From NCBI GenBank assembly GCA_031390075.1, contig JANMTD010000621.1:1-43387 (forward strand): a stretch of 43,387 nucleotides of DNA, read 5' to 3'. This document shows, in pieces, positions 23,565 through 32,983 of the stretch (its first letter is position 1; every line of letters starts with the position of its first letter). The translations under genes were made by a program, and so were the position numbers. Below the pieces are notes generated by a model, which did not search any database, was not told the origin of the DNA, and saw only the letters and a list, made by a program, of their open reading frames with translations. The DNA is from Deltaproteobacteria bacterium. Its GTDB lineage: Bacteria > Myxococcota_A > UBA9160 > UBA4427.

Positions 23565-25450
23565 CCAGGAGAAGCCTGGGCCTCCGGCACCGTCGGCTGC
23601 CGGTTCGCAAGCGACTGGTCGACGCGCTCCGAAAGGGCCTCGACCTGGTATCGCAGCGGCGCGCTCTCGAGCACGAGTCGCTCGACCCGGACGATCGCAT
23701 TGCGCACGGAGGGGTGATCCCGGCCGAGGCTGCGGCCGATCTCCGCGAAGGATGCGTCGGTGTAGCGGTGGGCCAGGTACATCGCGAGCTGCCGAGGCAC
23801 GAGGACGTCGCGGCGGCGCGAGCGCGCGGCGAGGGCCTCGGGTCGTTTTCCGAAGAAGGCCGCCACGATCCGAACGATCTCGCTCGTCGCGACCCGGCGC
23901 GGGGCGAACGGCGAGGCCGTTCCGGTCTTGCGCGCGATGGCCTCGCGGGTGAGCTCCAGGTCGATCGTCCGGCCGAGCAGCGACGCGGTCGTCACGACCT
24001 GGATCAGCACGCTCTCGACATCGCGCACGCTTCCCCCCGTCGACTCGACGAGTTCATCGAGACAGTCGGCCGGGAGGTGGACGCCCCCCGCCGCCGCCTT
24101 CGCGCGCAGGATGTGTCGGCGCACGATCGCGTCGGGCCGCTCGAGCTCCGCGACGAAGCCCCGGGTCAGCTGGGTCCGCATCCGCTCGGAGAGGCCCGTG
24201 AGGTCCCGCGGTGCCCGGTCGCCCGTCAGCAGGACTCGGCCGCCGACATCCAACACGTGCTGCACGGTGTGGAAGAGCTCGAGCTGGGTCTTCATGCGGC
24301 CTTCGAAGAACTGGACGTCTTCGACGATCAGGAGTCCGATCGGCCCGCGATAGCGCTTCTGGAAATCTTCGGAGCGTCCGTTCCGCATCGCGGACACGAA
24401 CTCGCTCGTGAACTGCTCGGCGGTCGTGTAGACGACGCCGGGGCGGCCGGAGAAAGTCGAGCGCGATCCCGTCGCGGACGAGCCGCCAGCGCCGCGGCTG
24501 GTCGGTGAGGCAGTGCGGCTTGCCGCTGAGGCATCGCGGCTGGTTGGCGAAGCGCCGACCTGGCGTCGCGCCTCGATGGCGGCGGCGCGCGCGAGATGGG
24601 TCTTCCCCATGCCCGAGTCGCCGCCCAGATAGAGCTGGTTCAGGCTGTCCTGCCGCCGTCGCGCGAGGGCGAGCGCGGCCTCCCGGGCGAGCGCATTGCA
24701 CGGACCCACGATGAAGCTCTCGAAGCTGAACGGCAGCTCGCCCTGTGCCGGCTCCCCGTCGAGCCCGAAGCGGGGCGCCGCCTCGACGCGTAGGACGTCG
24801 CTTCTCTCGTGGCGTGTTTCGTTGCCTCTCTCTTTACGACGCTCGTCACGAAGCGGCGTTCTGCGCGGCGGCTCGCTCCGGTTGGTCTTCCCGGGCACTT
24901 CGTACAGGCCCGAGGGTCCTGCTCCCGCTGCGGGCTCGGTGGATCGGGCGTTCGATGCCATCGATTCGACCGCGACCCGCTCGCGCGAGACGTTGCGCTC
25001 GCCGCCGTGGACCGCGACCGCTTGTGTGCTCATCTCTGAGCGCCGCAGCGCGCCGAGTGCGCCGCTCGCGACCGCGACAGGCTCCGCGCGTCGAATCGGA
25101 AGCCGCAGCTCGATCGCGTGCCCCGCGATCGCCGAGAAATCCTTCATGTCGACGATCGCAATCGGCGGCGCCAGCGGGGAATCACCGCGCTCGGGCCTGG
25201 CCTCCAGATCCGGCCGCGCCTCCAGAAGAGCGGAGCTCGCATCCCAGGCCCGACCCCAGCAGCGCTGGATCAGGGTGCTGAAGTGGGTTCGGATTCGCTC
25301 GCGGTGGAAAGAGGTCGGACATCCGAGCACGACGCGCTCGTCCGAGAGCTTCACCGCGATCGGAGCGATCCACGCTTCGAACGCGAAATCGGGAATTTCA
25401 TCCTGAAGGAGACGCAACGCATCTCCCCAGACCTTGGGCGCAGAGGTCAT
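23561..25450 (-). CDS. dnaA: Chromosomal replication initiator DnaA (629 aa; long domain II and a low-complexity insertion in the AAA+ domain)
   Basis: Domain I 'VWGDALRLLQDEIPDFAFEAWIAPI'. Walker A 'GGDSGMGKTH' and Walker B 'LLIVEDVQFF'. Domain IV 'VPRQLAMYLAHRYTDASFAEIGRSLGRDHPSVRNA'. Confidence 0.9.
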   Translation of the reverse strand: MTSAPKVWGDALRLLQDEIPDFAFEAWIAPIAVKLSDERVVLGCPTSFHRERIRTHFSTLIQRCWGRAWDASSALLEARPDLEARPERGDSPLAPPIAIVDMKDFSAIAGHAIELRLPIRRAEPVAVASGALGALRRSEMSTQAVAVHGGERNVSRERVAVESMASNARSTEPAAGAGPSGLYEVPGKTNRSEPPRRTPLRDERRKERGNETRHERSDVLRVEAAPRFGLDGEPAQGELPFSFESFIVGPCNALAREAALALARRRQDSLNQLYLGGDSGMGKTHLARAAAIEARRQVGASPTSRDASAASRTASPTSRGAGGSSATGSRSTFSGRPGVVYTTAEQFTSEFVSAMRNGRSEDFQKRYRGPIGLLIVEDVQFFEGRMKTQLELFHTVQHVLDVGGRVLLTGDRAPRDLTGLSERMRTQLTRGFVAELERPDAIVRRHILRAKAAAGGVHLPADCLDELVESTGGSVRDVESVLIQVVTTASLLGRTIDLELTREAIARKTGTASPFAPRRVATSEIVRIVAAFFGKRPEALAARSRRRDVLVPRQLAMYLAHRYTDASFAEIGRSLGRDHPSVRNAIVRVERLVLESAPLRYQVEALSERVDQSLANRQPTVPEAQASPG

Positions 25451-25485
25451 TCAGGGTCCAGAAGCTCGGAGGTTTTTTGGCTCTT

Positions 25486-25520
25486 GATCGGGTCAGGCGA
25501 TCGGGTCAGGCTGATCGGGG
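25486..25520. repeat. 13-nt tandem repeat gatcgggtcaggc x2 plus a partial third copy (three GATC sites), 36-70 nt upstream of the dnaA start
   Basis: Read directly: GATCGGGTCAGGCGATCGGGTCAGGCtGATCGGGG. Confidence 0.9.
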
Positions 25521-26053
25521 CCGACCGAGCTCCAGTCCATCTCCGGTCCCGACGGAGCCAGGTCTCCCCGGCTCCGCTTGCCCCTTCGCCTCGATCGCAC
25601 CCGCTCGCCCCTTTGACCCGGACCGCCGAAGCGTTGCGGGCGTAGCTTCCGGACCCCACGGTACGGAAGCTCAGAGCGGATACGGGCTGATTTTGGGGGG
25701 CTCCACGGGATTCTCAACGGACTTTCGTTCGAATCGGCTGGAACGCGTCGCAGTAAACCACGCGGCTCCGGGATTGGCAATCAAATCCGAGCAGGATCGT
25801 GACGAACCGGTGACACAATTCCGAAACAGCTGCATTCGGCCTCCATACGCCGAAATACGCTGGTTTACGAATCGAAATCCGAAGCGAATCAAGTGGCTTC
25901 GGCGGATTCACGAAGGCTTTTTCGATCTCATCCCGCGCGTCTTCGAACCGTCGTTCTCAAAAATCAGATCTCGATCATGCCAACTGTTTTGCACGATTCC
26001 TCGAGAATCCTCGATTTATCGATGGATTAATTTTTGTGCGGCCCGCGGTCGAC

Positions 26054-26731
26054 TCAGTTGGGGAGGCGCTGGGTTCCCGTCTCGCCGGCACCGGACTCTG
26101 CCAGCTTGAAGCGCAGCAGGTCGCTGGTGACCTCGAAGCGTTGCAGCAGCGAATCCGATTCGAGGATCTGCTGGCGCTCGATCGCGCGAAATGGAATCGA
26201 CTGTGCGATCGCGTTCACGAGTTGAACCGGCTCGAGGCGCTCGAAGCTCGCGACTGCGCGTTCGGGATCGTCGATGGCGCCGGCCAGCCCGCGTACGAAG
26301 CGGGTCAGCAGGTCGAGCAGCTCGACGCGTCGGCGCGCGAGCTGCTCGTGCGCTTCCGGGGAGCTGGGCAACTGATCCTCGAGAATCCCGACACGAGCGC
26401 AGCGGTAGAGGCGCTCTTCCGTGCGCGGGACCTCGGAGAGAATCCGGAAGCGTGCCTCGCCGACGAGCAGGACATGGAATGTGCCGTCCTGCCTTTCCTG
26501 GACATGCGCGATCCGGCCAACGCAGCCGACGAGGAAGATCGGGGGATCGCCGGCCATCGCGTCGACGCTGTCCGGGCGGACGGTGACCATGCCGATCTGC
26601 TGCGAGCCCGCGAGGGCGTCGCGGGTCATCTGGCGATAGCGCGGCTCGAAGATGAAGAGCGGGACCGAGCTGTCCGGCAGCAGGACGACGTCCGAAAGCG
26701 GAAACAAGGGCAGCGCGTCGATCACACTCAT
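26054..26731 (-). CDS. LON N-terminal (substrate-binding) domain protein
   Basis: 'LPLFPLSDVVLLPDSSVPLFIFEPRYRQM' is the signature start of stand-alone Lon N-domain proteins. Length is 225 aa. Confidence 0.8.
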   Translation of the reverse strand: MSVIDALPLFPLSDVVLLPDSSVPLFIFEPRYRQMTRDALAGSQQIGMVTVRPDSVDAMAGDPPIFLVGCVGRIAHVQERQDGTFHVLLVGEARFRILSEVPRTEERLYRCARVGILEDQLPSSPEAHEQLARRRVELLDLLTRFVRGLAGAIDDPERAVASFERLEPVQLVNAIAQSIPFRAIERQQILESDSLLQRFEVTSDLLRFKLAESGAGETGTQRLPN

Positions 26732-26761
26732 GGCCAGGGAGCTTAGCCCCGCCGCGAACCG

Positions 26762-27337
26762 TTGACGGGAAGAGCCCGGATCCCGACACTAGCGCCGGGG
26801 GCCAGGTTGGATCAGGCGACGAAACGAGCGCTGCTCGCGCGTCTCGAGCGGGACGCGCTCCATCTCTGTTCACGATTCGGACTGCGCTACCGGGTCCTCG
26901 AAGCCGAGCGGGCCAACGTCAAGCGCCGCTACGGCGTCTGCTTTTCCGACGGGACGATCCGGATCCGACTCCGCCATGCGGCGACCGCGCGCCCGCTCAA
27001 GTACTCGAGCCTCGTCAACACCCTGTGCCACGAGCTCGCCCACCTGCGGCATTTCAATCACGGCCCGCAGTTCCAGGCATTCTACGCCCGCATTTTAGAA
27101 TGCGCGCGGCGCGACGGGATCTATCGACCGCGGGCGGTGCTGGGACGAGATCCTCTATCAGCGCCCGGATCAGCGCCCGGATCAGCGCCGATTCACGCGG
27201 CAGCCCGGGCGCCCGTCCGGAGCGCGGGGCGCGGTGTCCCGGACGTGCGAATTGCGATTGCGCCGGCGAAAGGCGCCCAGCTCGAGCTCTTTGGATCGAT
27301 GGCTGCGTTCGGCTCGAGCGCGGGCAGTTCCCGTTGA
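26762..27337 (+). CDS. YgjP/DUF45-type (M48-like) zinc metallopeptidase-fold protein
   Basis: 'YGVCFSDGTIRIRL...LVNTLCHELAHLRHFNHGPQFQAFY' carries HExxH followed by NH..F. TTG start at 26762 (TTG 26807 is the alternative). The C-terminal tail is low-complexity (SAPGSAPGSAP). Confidence 0.7.
   Translation: MTGRARIPTLAPGARLDQATKRALLARLERDALHLCSRFGLRYRVLEAERANVKRRYGVCFSDGTIRIRLRHAATARPLKYSSLVNTLCHELAHLRHFNHGPQFQAFYARILECARRDGIYRPRAVLGRDPLSAPGSAPGSAPIHAAARAPVRSAGRGVPDVRIAIAPAKGAQLELFGSMAAFGSSAGSSR
27157..27189 (+). repeat. In-frame 12-nt tandem repeat atcagcgcccgg x2.75 inside the DUF45 gene (encodes SAPG repeats)
   Basis: Read directly: ATCAGCGCCCGGATCAGCGCCCGGATCAGCGCC. Confidence 0.9.
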
Positions 27338-27388
27338 GAGTGCCCGTTTGCGCTTGGGGCCCACTTGAAAGGAGCCGTTCGTCGGAGA

Positions 27389-27607
27389 TCAGCTCGGGTG
27401 GGGAGCCGAGCGGAGCTCGTCCACCTCTTCGAGGTTGTTGGGACCCTCGATGACCTTGCAGCGGATGTCGTCGACCGCGATGGACTTGTCGAGGATCTGC
27501 GTGATCAAGCTGTCCACGCTGAGCTCGTCGAGTTCGGCGAGCGCATCCTCGAGGTCGCCCTCCGAGATGGAGAATTCGAGTGCGAGCTTGATCTTGATGT
27601 TGTCCAT
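27389..27607 (-). CDS. Small, very acidic hypothetical protein (72 aa)
   Basis: MDNIKIKLALEFSISEGDLEDALAELDELSVDSLITQILDKSIAVDDIRCKVIEGPNNLEEVDELRSAPHPS. Third-codon positions are almost all G/C (ATC, AAG, CTC, GAC), as in the real genes here. I recognise no family. Confidence 0.55.
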   Translation of the reverse strand: MDNIKIKLALEFSISEGDLEDALAELDELSVDSLITQILDKSIAVDDIRCKVIEGPNNLEEVDELRSAPHPS

Positions 27608-27764
27608 CGTTCACTTTCCCCGTTCACCGGACTGCGCCGGCATGCCCTGGCCACCCTGCTGGTCGCAGATGTTGGCCGCAAATGCTGACCCGTAGACGCT
27701 CCGCCGGAATGCTGATTCGCCGTGGGTCTCGGTGCCGCCCGGCATTTCGCTCGGGGGACACCAC

Positions 27765-27822
27765 TGATCCAGATTTATCCAGATTCGGTTTCGATCCGCT
27801 TTCAATCCACGCACAATCCACG
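27765..27822. promoter_or_regulatory. Array of ATCCA-core, DnaA-box-like repeats (tgatccaga, ttatccaga, caatccacg x2)
   Basis: Read directly: cTGATCCAGAtTTATCCAGAttcggtttcgatccgctttCAATCCACGcaCAATCCACGcacg. ttatccaga is one mismatch from TTATCCACA. The function is not established. Confidence 0.35.
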
Positions 27823-28047
27823 CACGCAATTCGCGCGCTGCGCGTTGCACGCCTCATGCCCGATGCGCTGATCGGCCGGTTCGCCTGTTTCGAACCGGCT
27901 GCCGCTGCCGCCCCGAGATCGGGCTCCGAGCGGCCTGATATCACGCAAGTGCCTGAATTTAAAGAGAAATTTTCACCGGGTGCCTAAGATACACCAAGCG
28001 CTGGCGGGCGGCTATGGATTTTTATCGCAATTTCGCACGCTTACGGT

Positions 28048-28538
28048 CTAGTGACCGCGAGGAAGCGCGCGCTCGCGATCGCGGGTTTCCAGCCACGCTA
28101 CCCAGGCGACGAGACCGATGCTGGCGACGTGGATCAGCATGAAAAGACCGAGCGAGAGGCCGTGAAGCAGCCCGAAGCGCGACTGGGTATCGGCGGTGTT
28201 GGCAGCACCGAGGGCGCTCGGACGGAGCGCCGCGATCTCCGGTGAGAGCACGAGCTCGCTCGCGACGGCCGCGAGGGCGAGCAGCACGGGCAGGCCCACC
28301 ACGAGACCTCGCCGGCCGAGGCCCGCCAGCGCAGCCGCGGCGATCAGGGCCGCTCCCGCGCCCCCGAGGTGCAGGATATGGAGCAGCGCGCCCGCCAGGT
28401 CCCCGGCCACATTGCCGGGTAGCACCTTGAAGGCGATCCGCGAGACGACGAACGCGAAGAAGCCCCATGCGCCGACCCAGCTCCCGAGGGAGAGCCAAAG
28501 CGCGGTGCGCAGCGCCGTGTCGCGGGCGAGTCCCTGGC

Positions 28539-28542
<4 letters not shown>
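28048..28542 (-). CDS. DUF4149-like integral membrane protein, translationally overlapped with thiC
   Basis: The hydrophobic protein is LSQGLARDTALRTALWLSLGSWVGAWGFFAFVV...LLHILHLGGAGAALIAAA...GLFMLIHVASIGLVAWVAWL. An in-frame TTG at 28542 overlaps the thiC TGA (TTGA). The upstream part of the track ORF (to 29658) is antisense or off-frame to thiC. Confidence 0.6.
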
Positions 28543-30371
<1,829 letters not shown>

Positions 30372-30377
30372 CAGGGT

Positions 30378-30502
30378 CGGGCCTTCCCTACGCACGTCCG
30401 CTCGCGGGCCTGCGCGAGGCAGGCGGCGAGAGACGAGATCAGGTTCAAAGGGTCTGTTCTCAGGCCGCGCCCACACTGAGCGCGGCCACCCCCAGGCAAT
30501 CA
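30378..30502 (-). promoter_or_regulatory. TPP (THI-box) riboswitch in the thiC leader
   Basis: The minus strand reads ...cctgggggtggccgcgctcagtgtgggcgcggCCTGAGAacagACCCtttgaACCTGATCtcgtc...gtgcGTAGGGAAggcc. This carries the conserved CUGAGA, ACCUGAUC and GCGUAGGGAA elements and ends a few nt before the thiC ATG. Confidence 0.85.
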
Positions 30503-30560
30503 GGTCGTCGAGGAGTAGGACGGCAGGAGAGACCGGAGCGTATCACGCTCGCGGGCGGTC

Positions 30561-31271
30561 TCAATTCTCGCTGGGGTGCAGCGGCGAGGTGGAGAGCGCC
30601 GCCTGGGAGAGCGCCGCTTCGGGCGGCTGCTGCATCGGCGCGGTCTCGACGATCTCGTCGCCCTCGACGCGCACGCGGCTGCGCAGGCCGCCCCCGGCCT
30701 GGGCCGGGTAGTAGCTCGTCGCGATCGCATCCTCGCGCCCGCCCAGGAACCGGGTCCTCGACTCGACGCTGCCGTCGGGGAAACGCGTCTCGACCGGCCC
30801 GTCGAGCTGCCCCTCTCGAAAATGTGCCGAGAGCCAGGGGGATCCATTCGCGTGGAAGATCTCGAGGGGCCCCGCCCATTGCCCGCCGGCGAGCTCGCCC
30901 CGGAGCCAGAGGCTGCCGTCCTCGTCGAAGACTTCGACGAGGCCTTCGATGTGCGAGTCGACATAACGTGCGAGGGCGCGGGTCGCGCCGTCGGGATAGA
31001 GCTCCCAATAGGCACCCGCCCGCAGCGAATTCCCGTCCGCATCGTACGTTTCGCACCAGAACGCACGCACGCCCCGCGACGCCTCGCGCGCGAAGATCGC
31101 CGGATCCGGCGCGCCCGTGGCGAGCGTCGCGCCGACGACACACGGGTTCGCTTCGTCCTCTTGCGCCGCCGGGCCGGCCGCGTCGGCGGATCCCACGCGG
31201 ATCAGCGCGAGCATGGTGAAGAGTGCCATCCAGGCCAGCTCGAGTCGTCGTGAGGAATGATTGCGAATCAC
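30561..31271 (-). CDS. Secreted MORN-repeat-variant (YwqK-like) protein
   Basis: Signal peptide RRLELAWMALFTMLALIRVGSADA. Repeats follow of the type 'WELYPDGATRALARYVDSHIEGLVEVFDEDGSLWLRGELAGGQWAGPLEIFHANGSPWLSAHFREGQLDGPVETRFPDGS'. GTG 31271 or ATG 31229 is the start; the remaining upstream ORF is Arg/Gly/Pro-rich junk. Confidence 0.65.
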   Translation of the reverse strand: MIRNHSSRRLELAWMALFTMLALIRVGSADAAGPAAQEDEANPCVVGATLATGAPDPAIFAREASRGVRAFWCETYDADGNSLRAGAYWELYPDGATRALARYVDSHIEGLVEVFDEDGSLWLRGELAGGQWAGPLEIFHANGSPWLSAHFREGQLDGPVETRFPDGSVESRTRFLGGREDAIATSYYPAQAGGGLRSRVRVEGDEIVETAPMQQPPEAALSQAALSTSPLHPSEN

Positions 31272-31342
31272 CGCGCCTGCAGCGGCCGACCGCGACCGAC
31301 TCTTGATGGTCCACTCGCCTGCCCGCGCTACCGTGCGGCCCG

Positions 31343-32023
31343 ATGTCGCCCTTCCTGCACGTCCCGAAGCCGCCGACGAGCCCCACGCAGCCTCTCGAGC
31401 GGCAGGTCCGCGCCCAGGCGTCGGGGTTGGCCGGCCTGCTCGTGCTCTGCGCGGTCCTCGGCTGTGACCGGAACATCGAGCCGTATCAGCCCGGCGAGGA
31501 GCCCCGGGATCCCGATCTCGCACGGATCTTTCCCGGCCCGCCAGCGGGCGGGATGGGCGCCGGCGGCGGGGAGGGCGGGGCCGCAGGCGCCGTCGCGAAC
31601 CGCGCGGCCTTTCCGCCGAGCCGGACCGAGGGCGCGGGGACGCCGCCCGCCGCCAGTGAGGCGACGGCCTCGGCCGGGGCTGCGCCGATCTCCGGACGGA
31701 TCGTGCTCGCGCCCGAGCTCGAGGGCGAGCGGCCTGCGGGCGCCATCCTGTTCGTGATCGCCCGGTCGGAGGGGGCGGTCGGAGGGCCTCCGCTGGCGGT
31801 GCTGCGGATTCCCGACCCCGAGTTTCCCGTCGAGTTCGAGATCGGACCGGGCGACGTCATGATTCCGAGCATGCGCTTCGAGGGCCCGATCTCGCTGAGC
31901 GCGCGCCTCGACACGGACGGCAACGCGATGACCCGGGCCGCGACCGATCTGTCGAGTGCCGCCGCGCCGCCCGCCCAGCCGGGGACGAAGGCGGTCGAGC
32001 TCGTCCTCGCGCAAAAAGGCTAG
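31343..32023 (+). CDS. Hypothetical lipoprotein
   Basis: Lipobox 'LLVLCAVLGCD'. A Gly/Ala/Pro-rich linker is followed by a folded C-terminal domain (ISGRIVLAPELEGERPAGAILFVIARS...). Confidence 0.6.
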   Translation: MSPFLHVPKPPTSPTQPLERQVRAQASGLAGLLVLCAVLGCDRNIEPYQPGEEPRDPDLARIFPGPPAGGMGAGGGEGGAAGAVANRAAFPPSRTEGAGTPPAASEATASAGAAPISGRIVLAPELEGERPAGAILFVIARSEGAVGGPPLAVLRIPDPEFPVEFEIGPGDVMIPSMRFEGPISLSARLDTDGNAMTRAATDLSSAAAPPAQPGTKAVELVLAQKG

Positions 32024-32035
32024 GCGGAGCCCGCG

Positions 32036-32596
32036 ATGAACGGATCCCCTCCGCGGCCGTGGCGCGTGCTCCGGGAGGAGCATCTCCAGCACTGCCGGGT
32101 GTTCGACGTCCACGTCGCGACGATGGAGTCGCCGCACACCGGTGCCGCGCATCCGTTCTACCGCATCGAGTCGCCGTCCTGGGTCAACGTCGTGGCGCTG
32201 ACGCCGGACGACGAGCTCGTCATGGTGCGCCAGTTCCGCCAGGGCTCGCGGGTCGTGACCCTCGAGATTCCGGGGGGCATCGTCGATCCCGGCGAATCGC
32301 CCGAAGAGGCCGCCGCCCGCGAGCTGATCGAGGAGACGGGTTACCGCGCCGGCCGCCTCGCGAGCCTGGGATCGATCAATCCCAATCCCGCCCTCTTCGG
32401 CAATCGCTGTCACATGCAGGTCGCCCTCGACTGCGTCGCCGCCACGGCGATCCAGAACAGCGCGACCGAGGAGACGCAGGTCGAGCTGGTCGCGCTCGCG
32501 CGGCTCCCCGAGCTGCTGCGCGGCGGTGCGATCGACCACGCGCTCGTCGTGGCGGCGCTCTACGCCTTCGATCTCTGGCGCTCGCGGGGCGCCTGA
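32036..32596 (+). CDS. NUDIX hydrolase (ADP-ribose pyrophosphatase-like)
   Basis: Nudix box 'GGIVDPGESPEEAAARELIEETGY'. Confidence 0.85.
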   Translation: MNGSPPRPWRVLREEHLQHCRVFDVHVATMESPHTGAAHPFYRIESPSWVNVVALTPDDELVMVRQFRQGSRVVTLEIPGGIVDPGESPEEAAARELIEETGYRAGRLASLGSINPNPALFGNRCHMQVALDCVAATAIQNSATEETQVELVALARLPELLRGGAIDHALVVAALYAFDLWRSRGA

Positions 32597-32973
32597 AGAT
32601 CCATCTGGTCGAGCACGATCTCCACCAGCCGATGATCGTCGCCGAGCGGCGTCGAGAGCTCGATCTCGATCCCGGGATGGCGCTCGCGCATCCGGTCGGC
32701 GAGCTGCGGCAGCGACTCCCGGACGTGGAATCCGGTGCCCAGAAAATGCAGATGGACGAGGATCGCGTGGGCGCCGCGCGAGACGAGCAGATCCACGCCC
32801 GCTTCGAAATCCGGAAGCGCGAGCTCCATGTGGGCGTGCTCGACGAGCCAGTCCGGACGCGCCTCGGCGATCCGCCGCGCGAAGGCCTCGAGGCGTTCGT
32901 TCGCCTCGGCGTTCCGGCTGCCGTGATCGACGATCAGGAGTCCACGCATCCGGCTGCTCATCTGCGACATCAT
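32560..32973 (-). CDS. Small CbiX(S)/SirB-type sirohydrochlorin chelatase
   Basis: 'LLIVDHGSRNAEANE' and 'HLHFLGTGFHV' are present in a 137-aa single-domain form. The 3' end overlaps the NUDIX gene 3' end by 37 nt. Confidence 0.7.
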   Translation of the reverse strand: MMSQMSSRMRGLLIVDHGSRNAEANERLEAFARRIAEARPDWLVEHAHMELALPDFEAGVDLLVSRGAHAILVHLHFLGTGFHVRESLPQLADRMRERHPGIEIELSTPLGDDHRLVEIVLDQMDLQAPRERQRSKA

Positions 32974-32983
32974 TCCCCGCCTT

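Noticed and set aside
25727-25735. gttcgaatc, a perfect match to the tRNA T-loop consensus, inside the dnaA-upstream spacer.
   Set aside because: The flanking bases (tttcg / cggct) cannot form a T-stem. No acceptor or anticodon arms can be drawn around it.
26016-26873. 285-aa minus-strand ORF spanning the LON-domain gene region in another frame.
   Set aside because: It has an Arg/Pro/Ala-rich translation. The 26054-26731 frame carries the diagnostic LPLFPL...IFEPRY Lon-N signature.
27389-27607. The idea that the small acidic ORF downstream of the thiC operon is ThiS.
   Set aside because: It has no C-terminal Gly-Gly and no ubiquitin-like beta-grasp sequence pattern. It is also separated from the thiC operon by 440 nt of non-coding DNA.
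27611-27987. ORFs 27611-27850(-), 27624-27944(-) and 27682-27987(+) within the 440-nt spacer.
   Set aside because: They show no GC3 bias, overlap one another, have Arg/Ser/Pro-rich translations and lack a plausible RBS. The region is better explained as non-coding.
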